Virus record (IMG/VR): IMGVR_UViG_2802429369_000001
Direction: 5' to 3' (one strand)
Source: a virus
DNA length: 44,853 nucleotides
Position numbers and translations under genes: made by a program. Shown here piece by piece: positions 24,047 through 33,256 of the stretch (its first letter is position 1; the number at the start of each line of letters is the position of its first letter). The notes beneath the pieces were generated by a model, which saw only the letters and a program-made list of their open reading frames with translations, did not search any database and had not been told where the DNA came from.

Positions 24047-24640
24047 CTACCATGATATGGCGTTTAGGCCGTCAATCGAGGTGGCTGCGCTAATTTCATC
24101 CTCCATCGCCTGCCGCTTGCCTGTGGCAGCACCGCTTAGCGATACCCAGGCGTCGGCCTTGGCGATGATGCGCGTTGCCAGCTCGGCCTTGTCCATGCTG
24201 CGGCCAGCGGCCAGCGCGTCGATGTACGGTGTGGCAACGGTGTTATCCGCCTGCCATGCCCGCGCCTCGCGCTCCTGCTTATCCCAGGTCAACGTCTCGG
24301 CCTGCGGGTATGCGTTCAGGATAGCCCCCATCTCCGCCTCATAGCCAACGTTGATACGCTGCATGGCGTCGCTCTTGGCACGCTCCAACGCTTCGGCACG
24401 CTCGGCATCGGTGTAGGGGCGCGTGTTCCACACCTGACGCCAAGTGCCGTCTGTCTGCTTCTCTGGTTGTCCCTCGGTTACTACGTCGCCAGTGGGGCGC
24501 TCTGTGGGTTGCACGGTGGCAAAGCCCAGTGCGTTTAGCGTGGCCTCGCCAGGTTTTTTAGGCAGACTGACATTAGGCACCGCTTGTCGCACTTGGCGTA
24601 GCGTCAGCGGGTATTCTAGGGTTTGGGTGTTGATGTACAT
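24047..24640 (-). CDS. DUF4376-like tail fibre-associated protein (197 aa)
   Basis: The C-terminal half (LTWDKQEREARAW...AKADAW...GKRQAMEDEI) resembles DUF4376. It is the last gene of the fibre cluster. Confidence 0.55.
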   Translation of the reverse strand: MYINTQTLEYPLTLRQVRQAVPNVSLPKKPGEATLNALGFATVQPTERPTGDVVTEGQPEKQTDGTWRQVWNTRPYTDAERAEALERAKSDAMQRINVGYEAEMGAILNAYPQAETLTWDKQEREARAWQADNTVATPYIDALAAGRSMDKAELATRIIAKADAWVSLSGAATGKRQAMEDEISAATSIDGLNAISW

Positions 24641-24665
24641 AGTGTCTCCTTATCTTGGATTGGCA

Positions 24666-25232
24666 TTAGAAGTAAACCCGCCGGACGGACCGAACGTAGA
24701 TGTTGCTCGTCTTAAAGCCCAGGTTCTCGCCGCCGCCATCAATGTACACGCGCCACGCGCTGCTGCCCGACTCCGTGGCCGACCAGTAGTAGCTCGTGAC
24801 GAACGCCTCGCTACCGCCTTCTTGAAACCCTGTCAGCGCGGTTTGAGCAGGGTTGCCGCTAGTGTAGTTGCTGAGCGGTGGATCTACGCGGTCAGTCGCG
24901 CCGTAGCTAGTATCGTTACTTTCAGTCGTCGGCTTAAAGGCGCGGTACAAAATCCGCATCTCGTCCAAATCAGGCAGCTTCCAGTCTGTGTAACCGCCGA
25001 TATTCAAACCGGCTGCATAGCTAATCGCGCTGTCCCATGCGGCCGTGTTTCCGCTGTTCGATCCCTCCGCTTTCGGGCTGACAACCAGCGCGTAACGCTG
25101 CCCACCACCAGCCGCCTCGGTGTACATAATCCCAGAAAAATACCCGCCTTCGGATTCAACATAAGTCCCGATTGGCATGTTTTCCCAGTCTATACCTTTA
25201 CTTCCCGCCGCCATCAGCATTGCTTCAATCAT
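24666..25232 (-). CDS. DUF1566 (Lcl C-terminal-like) domain protein, probable receptor-binding accessory
   Basis: Contains GGYTDWKLPDLDEMRILY and YWSATESGSSAWRV. Start trimmed to the ATGA overlap at 25232. Confidence 0.6.
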   Translation of the reverse strand: MIEAMLMAAGSKGIDWENMPIGTYVESEGGYFSGIMYTEAAGGGQRYALVVSPKAEGSNSGNTAAWDSAISYAAGLNIGGYTDWKLPDLDEMRILYRAFKPTTESNDTSYGATDRVDPPLSNYTSGNPAQTALTGFQEGGSEAFVTSYYWSATESGSSAWRVYIDGGGENLGFKTSNIYVRSVRRVYF

Positions 25233-26341
25233 GCGCTTGCTCCCAGCACTCCCGACCAATTAGCACCATCGTAATTCAGCACCACGATTGTCCATGTAGC
25301 TCCAAGCTCCGGCGCGGTCGCATCATGCCAGCGAATACCAGGAGGCCATGTGATAGCCGACGCGCCTGTGATTGACAACACAACGGTCATTGAGCGGCCA
25401 GCGGGTACGTTAGCGAATGTCAGTGTGCGAGCAACACTAGCGTCAACAGTAAACTCATTGCCTGTCGCTAGATCAAGCGTGGCAGTGGTCGAGATACTGG
25501 CGAGGTCGTAGCGCGGAAATGATGTGTCAGTGAGGTCGCGTTTTAATTCTAGTTCAGAATTGGTTTTTTGAGATGACCAGACGGACGTTGCTGATGTCGT
25601 GCTATCGTTAATTTCAGCCTTAGCATCTAATTCCGTGCTAATCTTAGAACTTGACCACGTTGTCAGCGCACTCGTTTGACCGTCATCAATCACGCCCTCG
25701 GAAACAACTTCACCCGCTTGTCCCGCCCAGTATTTAGCGCTGTATTGTCCAGGCTCAACTTCTGTTTCTGACTCAGCCCATTCAGCCGCTTTTTGTTCGC
25801 TAGCTAGTGCGGCGTCAGCGTTATTGCCACTGGTGACAACATCCTGCTCGGTTTGCACGCGGTCTTGCTCGGTTGCGATCCTGTCAAGCGCTGTTTGTTC
25901 AGCGTCGTCGCTTGCTGACTGAGCGCTATTAGCTGCCGCTGTTTCGCTATTGCTAGCGTTAACAGCACTCGAATTAGCGTCTTGGGCATACCCGCGAGCG
26001 CCCTTTAAGCCGCCACTGACTCCGGTGGTTGATGTCGCCCAGCGTTTCGCAGATTCAGCCGTGGTGCCTTGCGCCCATTCTTTTGCCGCATAGTCAGTAG
26101 CCGCTACTAGCGCGCCGGTAGTCGTCGCCCACTCTTCAGACAGCGCAGCCGATGCCAGCGATTCAGCGGCTTTCGTTTCAGCCGTACCCGCGTTGGCTTC
26201 CGCCTCCGTTGCCAAGGCGTTAAGCTCTGGCTGTAATGTATTCGCTTGAAATAAATTCCACGTTACTGCCTTCGGGTCAAACACCTCCGGCGCATCCGTT
26301 AATAACGGTACGGGAGGAAACGCGCTGATCTGCTGTGCCAT
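25229..26341 (-). CDS. Tail fibre protein
   Basis: Ala/Ser/Glu-rich repeats plus the YSAKYWA motif typical of fibre shafts. TAATG overlap with the upstream gene. Confidence 0.7.
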   Translation of the reverse strand: MAQQISAFPPVPLLTDAPEVFDPKAVTWNLFQANTLQPELNALATEAEANAGTAETKAAESLASAALSEEWATTTGALVAATDYAAKEWAQGTTAESAKRWATSTTGVSGGLKGARGYAQDANSSAVNASNSETAAANSAQSASDDAEQTALDRIATEQDRVQTEQDVVTSGNNADAALASEQKAAEWAESETEVEPGQYSAKYWAGQAGEVVSEGVIDDGQTSALTTWSSSKISTELDAKAEINDSTTSATSVWSSQKTNSELELKRDLTDTSFPRYDLASISTTATLDLATGNEFTVDASVARTLTFANVPAGRSMTVVLSITGASAITWPPGIRWHDATAPELGATWTIVVLNYDGANWSGVLGASA

Positions 26342-27270
26342 TATACTAAACCCTCAATTTTAAATTGTGCCTGCACTACCTTATAGGTGTTGTGCGCGGG
26401 AATGAAGTCACTATAAAACCCGTAAATAATACCACTGGCGTATTTGTCGGCAATCCACACGACTTTTTGTGACGCTAGCGATTGGATTTTATCAAATACG
26501 GTATCGGCGCGGCTTTCGTCAATCATCGTTGTGATGCTTAACCGCCGCCGTGTTTGGCGAACGACTAGCACATTATAGCCGAACGTGGCATTAAATTCGT
26601 TGGTTGAATAGTCCTTAATGCGCGGCTCCATGCCTAGCACATCTTCGCCAATCACGAACTCTTTACCGAACACTAGCTCGCCTATCATTGCTTGCCCGCT
26701 AGCGGCTGCCACGGTCACAGTGACCACCATATCTGGATACGGAGGGATACCGAAAAACTGGAACCGCGTGCGAACCGATACGCCACCAAAGTAGAAATTC
26801 CAGTAACCTGGGCCACGATTTCCTAGCGACTGCTGCGTTTCGTTGTACACCTCGCCGCCACCCAAAACACTGGTAACAGTGACGTTCACCGACGACCCCA
26901 GCACGTTAAATAGTGCCAGCGCGTTAATCGCGGTGCCTGGGGTGTAGGTCACAACAATATCCGCTTCATCGGTGCTAGGACTACCGACGCTGCCGTCGAA
27001 CATGGCCCAACGGTTTGTTGATCCTGTCGCTAGCCAGTAAGGCTGCCCCGCACTGGGGTCGCCTTCCGGCGCTATCGGGTCGGTCGTCGGGTCTTCGCCC
27101 GTGCTAGCAATCAATGCCTCATAAGTGCGATAAGCGCCATCGTAAAAAGCGCGAACCACATCGCCTACGGCATACGCGGTGCCGGAATCCCACACGGGCA
27201 ACGTTGATTCAGCCAATGACGACGCCGTGAGCGTCGTCAGATTGGGCTGTAGCGGCTCAATAATCTTCAT
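26341..27270 (-). CDS. Tail tip/distal tail protein (putative, 309 aa)
   Basis: Lies immediately after the tape measure gene with an ATGA overlap at 27270. The call rests on position only. Confidence 0.5.
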   Translation of the reverse strand: MKIIEPLQPNLTTLTASSLAESTLPVWDSGTAYAVGDVVRAFYDGAYRTYEALIASTGEDPTTDPIAPEGDPSAGQPYWLATGSTNRWAMFDGSVGSPSTDEADIVVTYTPGTAINALALFNVLGSSVNVTVTSVLGGGEVYNETQQSLGNRGPGYWNFYFGGVSVRTRFQFFGIPPYPDMVVTVTVAAASGQAMIGELVFGKEFVIGEDVLGMEPRIKDYSTNEFNATFGYNVLVVRQTRRRLSITTMIDESRADTVFDKIQSLASQKVVWIADKYASGIIYGFYSDFIPAHNTYKVVQAQFKIEGLV

Positions 27271-30200
27271 GCAGTTACATTCCTCTCGCCCGGCTGTCCC
27301 AGCGTATCCCAATCATCCATAATAGATGCAGTCTCCTGACTAGCTTCAAGTATACCACGCAGCACGGCCTCAAGGTTTTGGTTCATTCGGTCAACAGACT
27401 CTTTGACCTGCGAATTATCCATCAGCGAGCGCGTGTCGCTGTTGCTCATGATGCGGCTCGGGCCGGTGTATTCAAGCTCCGGGCCACGCTCACCGACCAT
27501 GCGCCAGCCGCCAGCGTGTGCGCCGCCATTGGCGAATCCTGGGATGTTTTCAAACTGGCCGTAGCGTTCGTAATGCTCCTCTAGCGTCAGCCCAGCGTCA
27601 GCGATAGCTTGCGCAGTTTGGTCTATCGTCCAGTTGCTGCGACCGCCCTGCTCAATTCTGTTTAGCTGCTGTGTTTTTGCTTCAAGGTAGCTCGTCGATG
27701 CGTTAGCGCTACCCGCGTTAGCGGCATCATCCTGAGCCGATGCCAGGGCGGAAACAGATGACCTCAGCGAGCCAATGGCGCTAGAGATGCTCATTACGCT
27801 GCCATTAATTTGCTGCAACCAGCTTAGCTGCCCAAACTGTGCTTCTAGCGACGCTGCCTCGCTGTCGATAATTGCATCTAGCCGCGCAATCTCATTATCG
27901 TACAGCGACTGGGCTTGTTCCATTTGCGCTTGCAATTGCGTTAGCTGAGATTCGTAACCTACGCGGATAGCGTCCGCGTTCTCAGCATTAGCCGTTAAGA
28001 ACTCGGCATGCCGCTGATTAGACGCGGCAATCTGTTCATCAATCTTAGAGAGCGCGGCTTCGTACTGCGAACGGGCATCTTCAGCTTGCTGGTTGAGCGC
28101 CTCCAGCGCCTGTTCTTCGGTGCTTAGCTGTGATGATGCGCGTTGCTCAAGGTCGCTAATCACACCAGCGGTTGACCAGAAGTCGCGCTGGTAATCTTCA
28201 AGCGTGGAGAATAACCCCTCACTTGGCTCGGACACGACAGAAAGCGCCTTCTCTAGCAAACGCTGGTCGCCCAATCCGCCGCTTTGCTGAACGCCGCGCA
28301 GATATTTTTGAGCGTTAGCCCGCTGCATAGCCTGCGCAGTGCCGCTTGCGATCATGCTATCTAGCGCACTGCGTAGCGAATCACTCGCGCGCTCAGTATC
28401 ACGCATAGTATCGCTTAGCGTGCCGATGTTTTCATTTATTGTGCTTAGCGTTGAGTCTAGTAGTTCAGACAGCGATTCTCGCTCAGCATTCGCTGCGTCT
28501 CGCTCATCCTGCATCATCCAAATTCGCTCGAGAAGCGCCCGATTACCCTCGTGGGTAGCGTCTAGCTCACGCTGTCTGAGTGTTGCAGTATCGCCCAGCA
28601 TGTTTAGTATTTCTGTTTCTAGTGAAACGAACTCGCTGCTAAATGACTGCATAGCGGATTGTGTGGCGCTAATAGAGTCCGCAATATCCGCACTTGTCCG
28701 CTGAAACTCATCTGTGACGGCCTGCTGCTCTGACTGCACTGCGCTAACAAGCGACTGGAACGCAGATTGTAGTGCGCTCTGCGCATTCTGTTCAGCCGCT
28801 TGCGCTGCCTGTAGCCGCGCTGCTTGCGCCTGAGCTGCCGCTCGGCTGAATGCCGCCTCATCCTGTAGCTGCCACAGTCGCTCTTTTAGCGCTCGATTGG
28901 CGGGGGCGATTGCCGCTAGCTCTAACTGACGTTGCGCTGTTACGTCATTCTGTATAGCCAGTAGTTGCTGCTCAATTTTACTGCGCTCTTGTGCAATTGC
29001 CGCCTCATCTTGCAGTTGCCAGACACGGTATTGTAGCTGCGCGAGGTTGTATTCTTCTGCGCCTGCGAGTTCACGTAGTTGCGCAATTTCTCGTTCGCGC
29101 TGAGTATAAACATCGCCCGTAATATTCAAGATTTCACGCTCTAACGATTCGCGTACACGGATAGCCTCACTAAAATCAGTGACAGACTGCGCAGCCTCCT
29201 GCGTGACGGGCACTAGCTCACTAAACGCACCGGATACTTGCAGCAACGCCGCGTAATTCCGCTGGCCTGATTCGGTTGCGAGGTCTTGCGCTTCTACTAG
29301 CGCTCGGAATCCTTCGCGGGTTTCCGGTAGCGTCATGCCTAATTGCCCAAGCGTGCTAGTAAGGTCGGCTTGCAGATTAGCCGTGCGCTCAGCATCCGAG
29401 AAATACTGCTGGTAATACGACTCTTGCAGCGCCGCTAGCTGCTGCACACCGCCCACTTGGCTGGCGATAGCATCGGCATAACGCAGCGCACCCTCCGCGC
29501 CCGCATCCCATTGTAGGTTGAGTCGCTCGGCCACTGCGTTGAGCGTCTGCATGGCAGCGTTAGCGGTCACAAACCGCTGGGTAATTTGCTCGGCAGTGGC
29601 CCCTGCGTCAACTAGCGATTGGGTAAACTCTGCGTCGATAACGTTAGCGGCGGCAATCGTGCGTTTTGCTAACTGATCATGAATGCCAGCGGCGTCGTTA
29701 GCGTTGAGGCGAACGGCTTGCACAGCATTGGCCATGGCATTCAGCTCTTGTTCGCTGCCTGCCACGCCTGCCAGGGCGTTATCCATGGCGGTAATTTGAT
29801 TAAGGAAAGCAGTGGCATTCTCAAATCCGCCAAAGGTTTCTTCTAGTCGCGCCGTGCCGGGATCGGCAAAACCAACGGTACCAAACGCGCCACGGCTGAA
29901 CACGCCCTCCCCGTAGTTTTCAAATAATCCGTGGCGCATGGGGTCAACGCCTTGACCGACGGTAGCCAGCTCAAATTTAGGGGCTGTTTTTCCGCCGCCA
30001 AATAGGCCGCTAACCGCACCCACAATGCCATCAACAATGCCCAGCCCCAGCACGTTATCAATCAGTGCGCCACCTGCTAGCCATGGCATGGCGCTGCTCA
30101 TGGCAGACATAAAACCACCGCCACTAACGGCGCTTCCGGTTAGCGCATTGCCGTATAAACCACCCTGCACCGCACCCGTAGCGGCTCCGCTGTATAGTCC

Positions 30201-32318
30201 GCCAGCTGCTGCGCTGCCAGTTAGTGCATTGGCATAAAGCCCGCCGCTTGTTGCTGCGCTGCCGAAACCTAATGCCGACCTAGCTCTGCCGAATAGCTGC
30301 CCGGCACCGCTCAGCATTGTGCCGATTCCGCCGCCATTCTGGCTGAACAGGTCGCCAACTCCACCCGACATCGGCCCGCTAGTGCCCATGCCCAACTGAA
30401 TCTTGATCTCGTTCTTAACGGCAGCGTAGGCCAATTCAGCCATCAGGTTTTCAAACGCGCCCTTGAGTTGGTCGGCAAAACTATCGAAGCTATCAAGCGC
30501 GCCTTTGAACGCATCTTTGAACGTTTCATCGACCGAATTACCGAAGCGTTGCCATTCGCGGCTCATTTCCTCAGTAGCCGTTTCCGTTGCATCTTCGACG
30601 TTGTACAACTCTTCTTGCAGCGCCACCATGGCGCGCTGGTAGTCGCCAAAATTCAGCGTCCCCGTGGCAAGCGCGGTGTTTAGCAAGCCAACGCCCTGAG
30701 CGTATGCCTGTGTGCGAGCGCGAGCTGGGTCTAGGCGGTTGAGGAGGGTGTTGAGTGAGTCAGACAGGTTGCCAAAGTTGCCCGTTGATGTTTCAGCCGT
30801 GTCGTTCAGTGATTTAGTGGCATCATCGGCTAGCGCTGTTTCTTCCCGCGTGCGCTCTAATCGGTCGGCATACACAACAAACGCATTGGCGTTATCTTCA
30901 ATTCGCTGCGCAGTTTCTTCTCGGGCTACGTTGATTTTCTGATTCAATTCAACGATGCGCTCTTGGGCCTCTGCTACGGCGTTCATGCCGCGCACCTCTG
31001 CCCCTACCTGCCCAGCGCCAAATCCTAACGCGCCACTACCCCGGTTCTCGCTGCGTAGCTGTGCCAGCTCTTCGCGCGCCGTGGCGGCCTTAACAGTGGC
31101 CGCATCTAGCGCGGTATTCAGCGACGACAGCGACTGACTCAGATCATCTTGCGACATTTCCGCCATTTCGTCGCGCAAATCTGCAATTTGATCCTCGGTT
31201 AGCCCGGCGCGATGCCCGGTTAGGTTTAGTTCGTCGCGGAATACGTATAGTAGCCCGCCCGCGCCGATAAGTAGTCCTAGTGGGCCGCCTAGTGCCATCA
31301 TTGCGCCACGCAGTACTCCCGCAACGGTAACAGCGCCGCTCATAGCGGTGGTGGCAGCCACCATGCCCGATACAAAACGCCCCGCATAAAGAGCAGCGGC
31401 CACCTGACCCACTTTTACCATGGCGTCCAGGTTGTTGGACAGGAATACAACAGACTCACCCAATACTGTCAGCGCGCCTTGCACTTCATCGCTAGTGCCT
31501 ATCCACTGGGTCAGGTTCGTTCGCGCCACTTCCATTTGCTGCCCGAACGTCGCGACGGTTTTGCCAAAATCGTTAGCGATGGTATCGGATGCCTGTTGTA
31601 GGGCACTAACAACAATCTCGGCGGTAATGCCACCCGTTGCGGCAAACTCGCGAAGCTCGCCAATGTTCATATTGAGCGATTCAGCCACGGCGCGTAGAAT
31701 GCCTGGGGCTTGCTCTGCCACCGAGTTAAATTCATCGCCACGCAATGCGCCGGATGCCAAGCCTTGGGATAGCTGAGTGATGGCGTTACTGGCTTCCTCG
31801 GCTGTCGCGCCGCTAGCCGCAAACGATTGGTTAATCGTGGTCGTTAGGTCGAGGAGGTTTTGTTGCGACAGCCCCAGCTCAGTGGTAGAGCGTGCCAAGC
31901 GAGCATACAGGTTCGCCGTAGCCTCGAAATTAGAGCGGGTATCGCGCGCTACGTTTACTAGCGATTGCTGCGCACGGGTTAGCTCTTGGGTGCCCGTCGT
32001 TACCTGCCGTAATTGGTTAGCGGCATTATTCCAGGCGTCTGAGTAACGGATAATCTCACGAACGCCCAGCGCGCCTACCAGCCCTGTGACAGCGTTTTTT
32101 AGTGCATCGGTGGCGCGCGACGTTGAGCGCATATCGCTTTGCATACGCTCGCTAGCTGTGCGTGTTTTTCGCGCCGCCTGCGTAGTGCTGTTTCCAAACT
32201 GGTCAACACCACGGCGCGCCCCTTCCGCCGCCTCCCGCGTACCATCCATCTCACGCTCGGCGCGTGATAAATCAGAGGTATCTACTTCAACCGACCAATT
32301 TAATGTGCCTAAATCCAT
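27267..32318 (-). CDS. Tape measure protein (1683 aa)
   Basis: Very large and rich in coiled coil. It has hydrophobic and Gly-rich central segments and the C-terminal motif GGWRMVGERGPEL. It follows the chaperone gene pair. Confidence 0.9.
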   Translation of the reverse strand: MDLGTLNWSVEVDTSDLSRAEREMDGTREAAEGARRGVDQFGNSTTQAARKTRTASERMQSDMRSTSRATDALKNAVTGLVGALGVREIIRYSDAWNNAANQLRQVTTGTQELTRAQQSLVNVARDTRSNFEATANLYARLARSTTELGLSQQNLLDLTTTINQSFAASGATAEEASNAITQLSQGLASGALRGDEFNSVAEQAPGILRAVAESLNMNIGELREFAATGGITAEIVVSALQQASDTIANDFGKTVATFGQQMEVARTNLTQWIGTSDEVQGALTVLGESVVFLSNNLDAMVKVGQVAAALYAGRFVSGMVAATTAMSGAVTVAGVLRGAMMALGGPLGLLIGAGGLLYVFRDELNLTGHRAGLTEDQIADLRDEMAEMSQDDLSQSLSSLNTALDAATVKAATAREELAQLRSENRGSGALGFGAGQVGAEVRGMNAVAEAQERIVELNQKINVAREETAQRIEDNANAFVVYADRLERTREETALADDATKSLNDTAETSTGNFGNLSDSLNTLLNRLDPARARTQAYAQGVGLLNTALATGTLNFGDYQRAMVALQEELYNVEDATETATEEMSREWQRFGNSVDETFKDAFKGALDSFDSFADQLKGAFENLMAELAYAAVKNEIKIQLGMGTSGPMSGGVGDLFSQNGGGIGTMLSGAGQLFGRARSALGFGSAATSGGLYANALTGSAAAGGLYSGAATGAVQGGLYGNALTGSAVSGGGFMSAMSSAMPWLAGGALIDNVLGLGIVDGIVGAVSGLFGGGKTAPKFELATVGQGVDPMRHGLFENYGEGVFSRGAFGTVGFADPGTARLEETFGGFENATAFLNQITAMDNALAGVAGSEQELNAMANAVQAVRLNANDAAGIHDQLAKRTIAAANVIDAEFTQSLVDAGATAEQITQRFVTANAAMQTLNAVAERLNLQWDAGAEGALRYADAIASQVGGVQQLAALQESYYQQYFSDAERTANLQADLTSTLGQLGMTLPETREGFRALVEAQDLATESGQRNYAALLQVSGAFSELVPVTQEAAQSVTDFSEAIRVRESLEREILNITGDVYTQREREIAQLRELAGAEEYNLAQLQYRVWQLQDEAAIAQERSKIEQQLLAIQNDVTAQRQLELAAIAPANRALKERLWQLQDEAAFSRAAAQAQAARLQAAQAAEQNAQSALQSAFQSLVSAVQSEQQAVTDEFQRTSADIADSISATQSAMQSFSSEFVSLETEILNMLGDTATLRQRELDATHEGNRALLERIWMMQDERDAANAERESLSELLDSTLSTINENIGTLSDTMRDTERASDSLRSALDSMIASGTAQAMQRANAQKYLRGVQQSGGLGDQRLLEKALSVVSEPSEGLFSTLEDYQRDFWSTAGVISDLEQRASSQLSTEEQALEALNQQAEDARSQYEAALSKIDEQIAASNQRHAEFLTANAENADAIRVGYESQLTQLQAQMEQAQSLYDNEIARLDAIIDSEAASLEAQFGQLSWLQQINGSVMSISSAIGSLRSSVSALASAQDDAANAGSANASTSYLEAKTQQLNRIEQGGRSNWTIDQTAQAIADAGLTLEEHYERYGQFENIPGFANGGAHAGGWRMVGERGPELEYTGPSRIMSNSDTRSLMDNSQVKESVDRMNQNLEAVLRGILEASQETASIMDDWDTLGQPGERNVTA

Positions 32319-32326
32319 AGATACCC

Positions 32327-32734
32327 CTACTTTTTATCGCGTTTTGCGCTGATTTTACCCAGCAAACCGCGCATACCCTTGGCGATAGCCTCTTTGTCAA
32401 ATCCCTGAATCGGCGTCCACGGTTGCGGGTGTTGCGGTTTTCTTGCGGCGTGATGCTCTGCCACGTATTCGTCGGATAGGCGCTTTAGCATCGACGCTTC
32501 CCAGCTTGTTAACGCCACGCCCACCATCCGCATCCATGCTTCTATTTCGCTGAACGTCAACGGTACAAGCCCTTGCCCGGTGTTTAGCGCTGGCCCTACT
32601 TCTTGCAGGTATCCAATGACATGCTCGCCAAACTCTATTTCCGGCATGGGCGGCGGCCCATGGTTGCGGTTGACGTAATCCTTGTACCGCGTTTCGTTGC
32701 GCTTATCAGGGGTGGCCGATAGCCACCCCATCAT
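32327..32734 (-). CDS. Tail assembly chaperone, frameshift extension (T-like part; probably made only as a -1 fusion with 32761..33159)
   Basis: It lies in the -1 frame relative to the upstream ORF, with no stop in between. Its own ATG has no SD. Confidence 0.65.
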   Translation of the reverse strand: MMGWLSATPDKRNETRYKDYVNRNHGPPPMPEIEFGEHVIGYLQEVGPALNTGQGLVPLTFSEIEAWMRMVGVALTSWEASMLKRLSDEYVAEHHAARKPQHPQPWTPIQGFDKEAIAKGMRGLLGKISAKRDKK

Positions 32735-32738
32735 GCGA

Positions 32739-32776
32739 GCGTAGAGGACTAAATCATCCTCTACGCACTGAAAAAA
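32739..32776 (-). promoter_or_regulatory. Programmed -1 ribosomal frameshift signal (slippery heptamer plus stem-loop)
   Basis: mRNA sense is AA[T TTT TTC] AGT, then GCGTAGAGGA-tgatttag-TCCTCTACGC. That is a 10-bp stem (32757-32766 with 32739-32748) and an 8-nt loop. The -1 frame runs open into ATG 32734. Confidence 0.7.
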
Positions 32777-33159
32777 TTACGGCGGTCGCCTACAAACTCG
32801 TCGAGCTGCTCGCGGATGCTGCGATATTTGAGCAGGAATTGCTCAGCGTTTTTGGGTGTCATCTCGTCGTCGCCAAATTGCATGTTGTGGCAACGCACCA
32901 CGCACGCGGCTAACAGCTCAGCACCTTCCTGTTCTGCTTTTTCCAGCGTGGGGTTTTTCTGACGCTTACCCATCTTGCGGTTCGCCATTTGCGATACTTT
33001 GCGGCGATATTGCGCGCTGTCCACGCCTACCGCGTCAATGCCAATGGCTTTACCGTCTTCGGTGTAGAGCTTCTCGCCAGTGACCGGATGTTCAAGGTGC
33101 AGGAATGCGCCTTTATCGGCACCAGTTTCTAAGTCAAATACGTTCGTTAAATCAGTCAT
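32761..33159 (-). CDS. Tail assembly chaperone (G-like)
   Basis: 132 aa and acidic, between the major tail and tape measure genes. It ends just after the slippery T_TTT_TTC. Confidence 0.7.
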   Translation of the reverse strand: MTDLTNVFDLETGADKGAFLHLEHPVTGEKLYTEDGKAIGIDAVGVDSAQYRRKVSQMANRKMGKRQKNPTLEKAEQEGAELLAACVVRCHNMQFGDDEMTPKNAEQFLLKYRSIREQLDEFVGDRRNFFSA

Positions 33160-33184
33160 GCTAGGTGCTCCGCCAGTTAAGTAT

Positions 33185-33235
33185 CCCCGCCAGTCTTTGG
33201 TTTAACGTCCGGGCGCTGGCGGGGCCACCCGGACG
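33185..33235 (-). other. Two interleaved GC-rich stems (pseudoknot topology or alternative hairpins)
   Basis: ccccgccag (33185-93) pairs with ctggcgggg (33216-24). cgtccggg (33206-13) pairs with cccggacg (33228-35). Confidence 0.55.
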
Positions 33236-33256
33236 GCTTAGCCGAAGCTATGCGCG

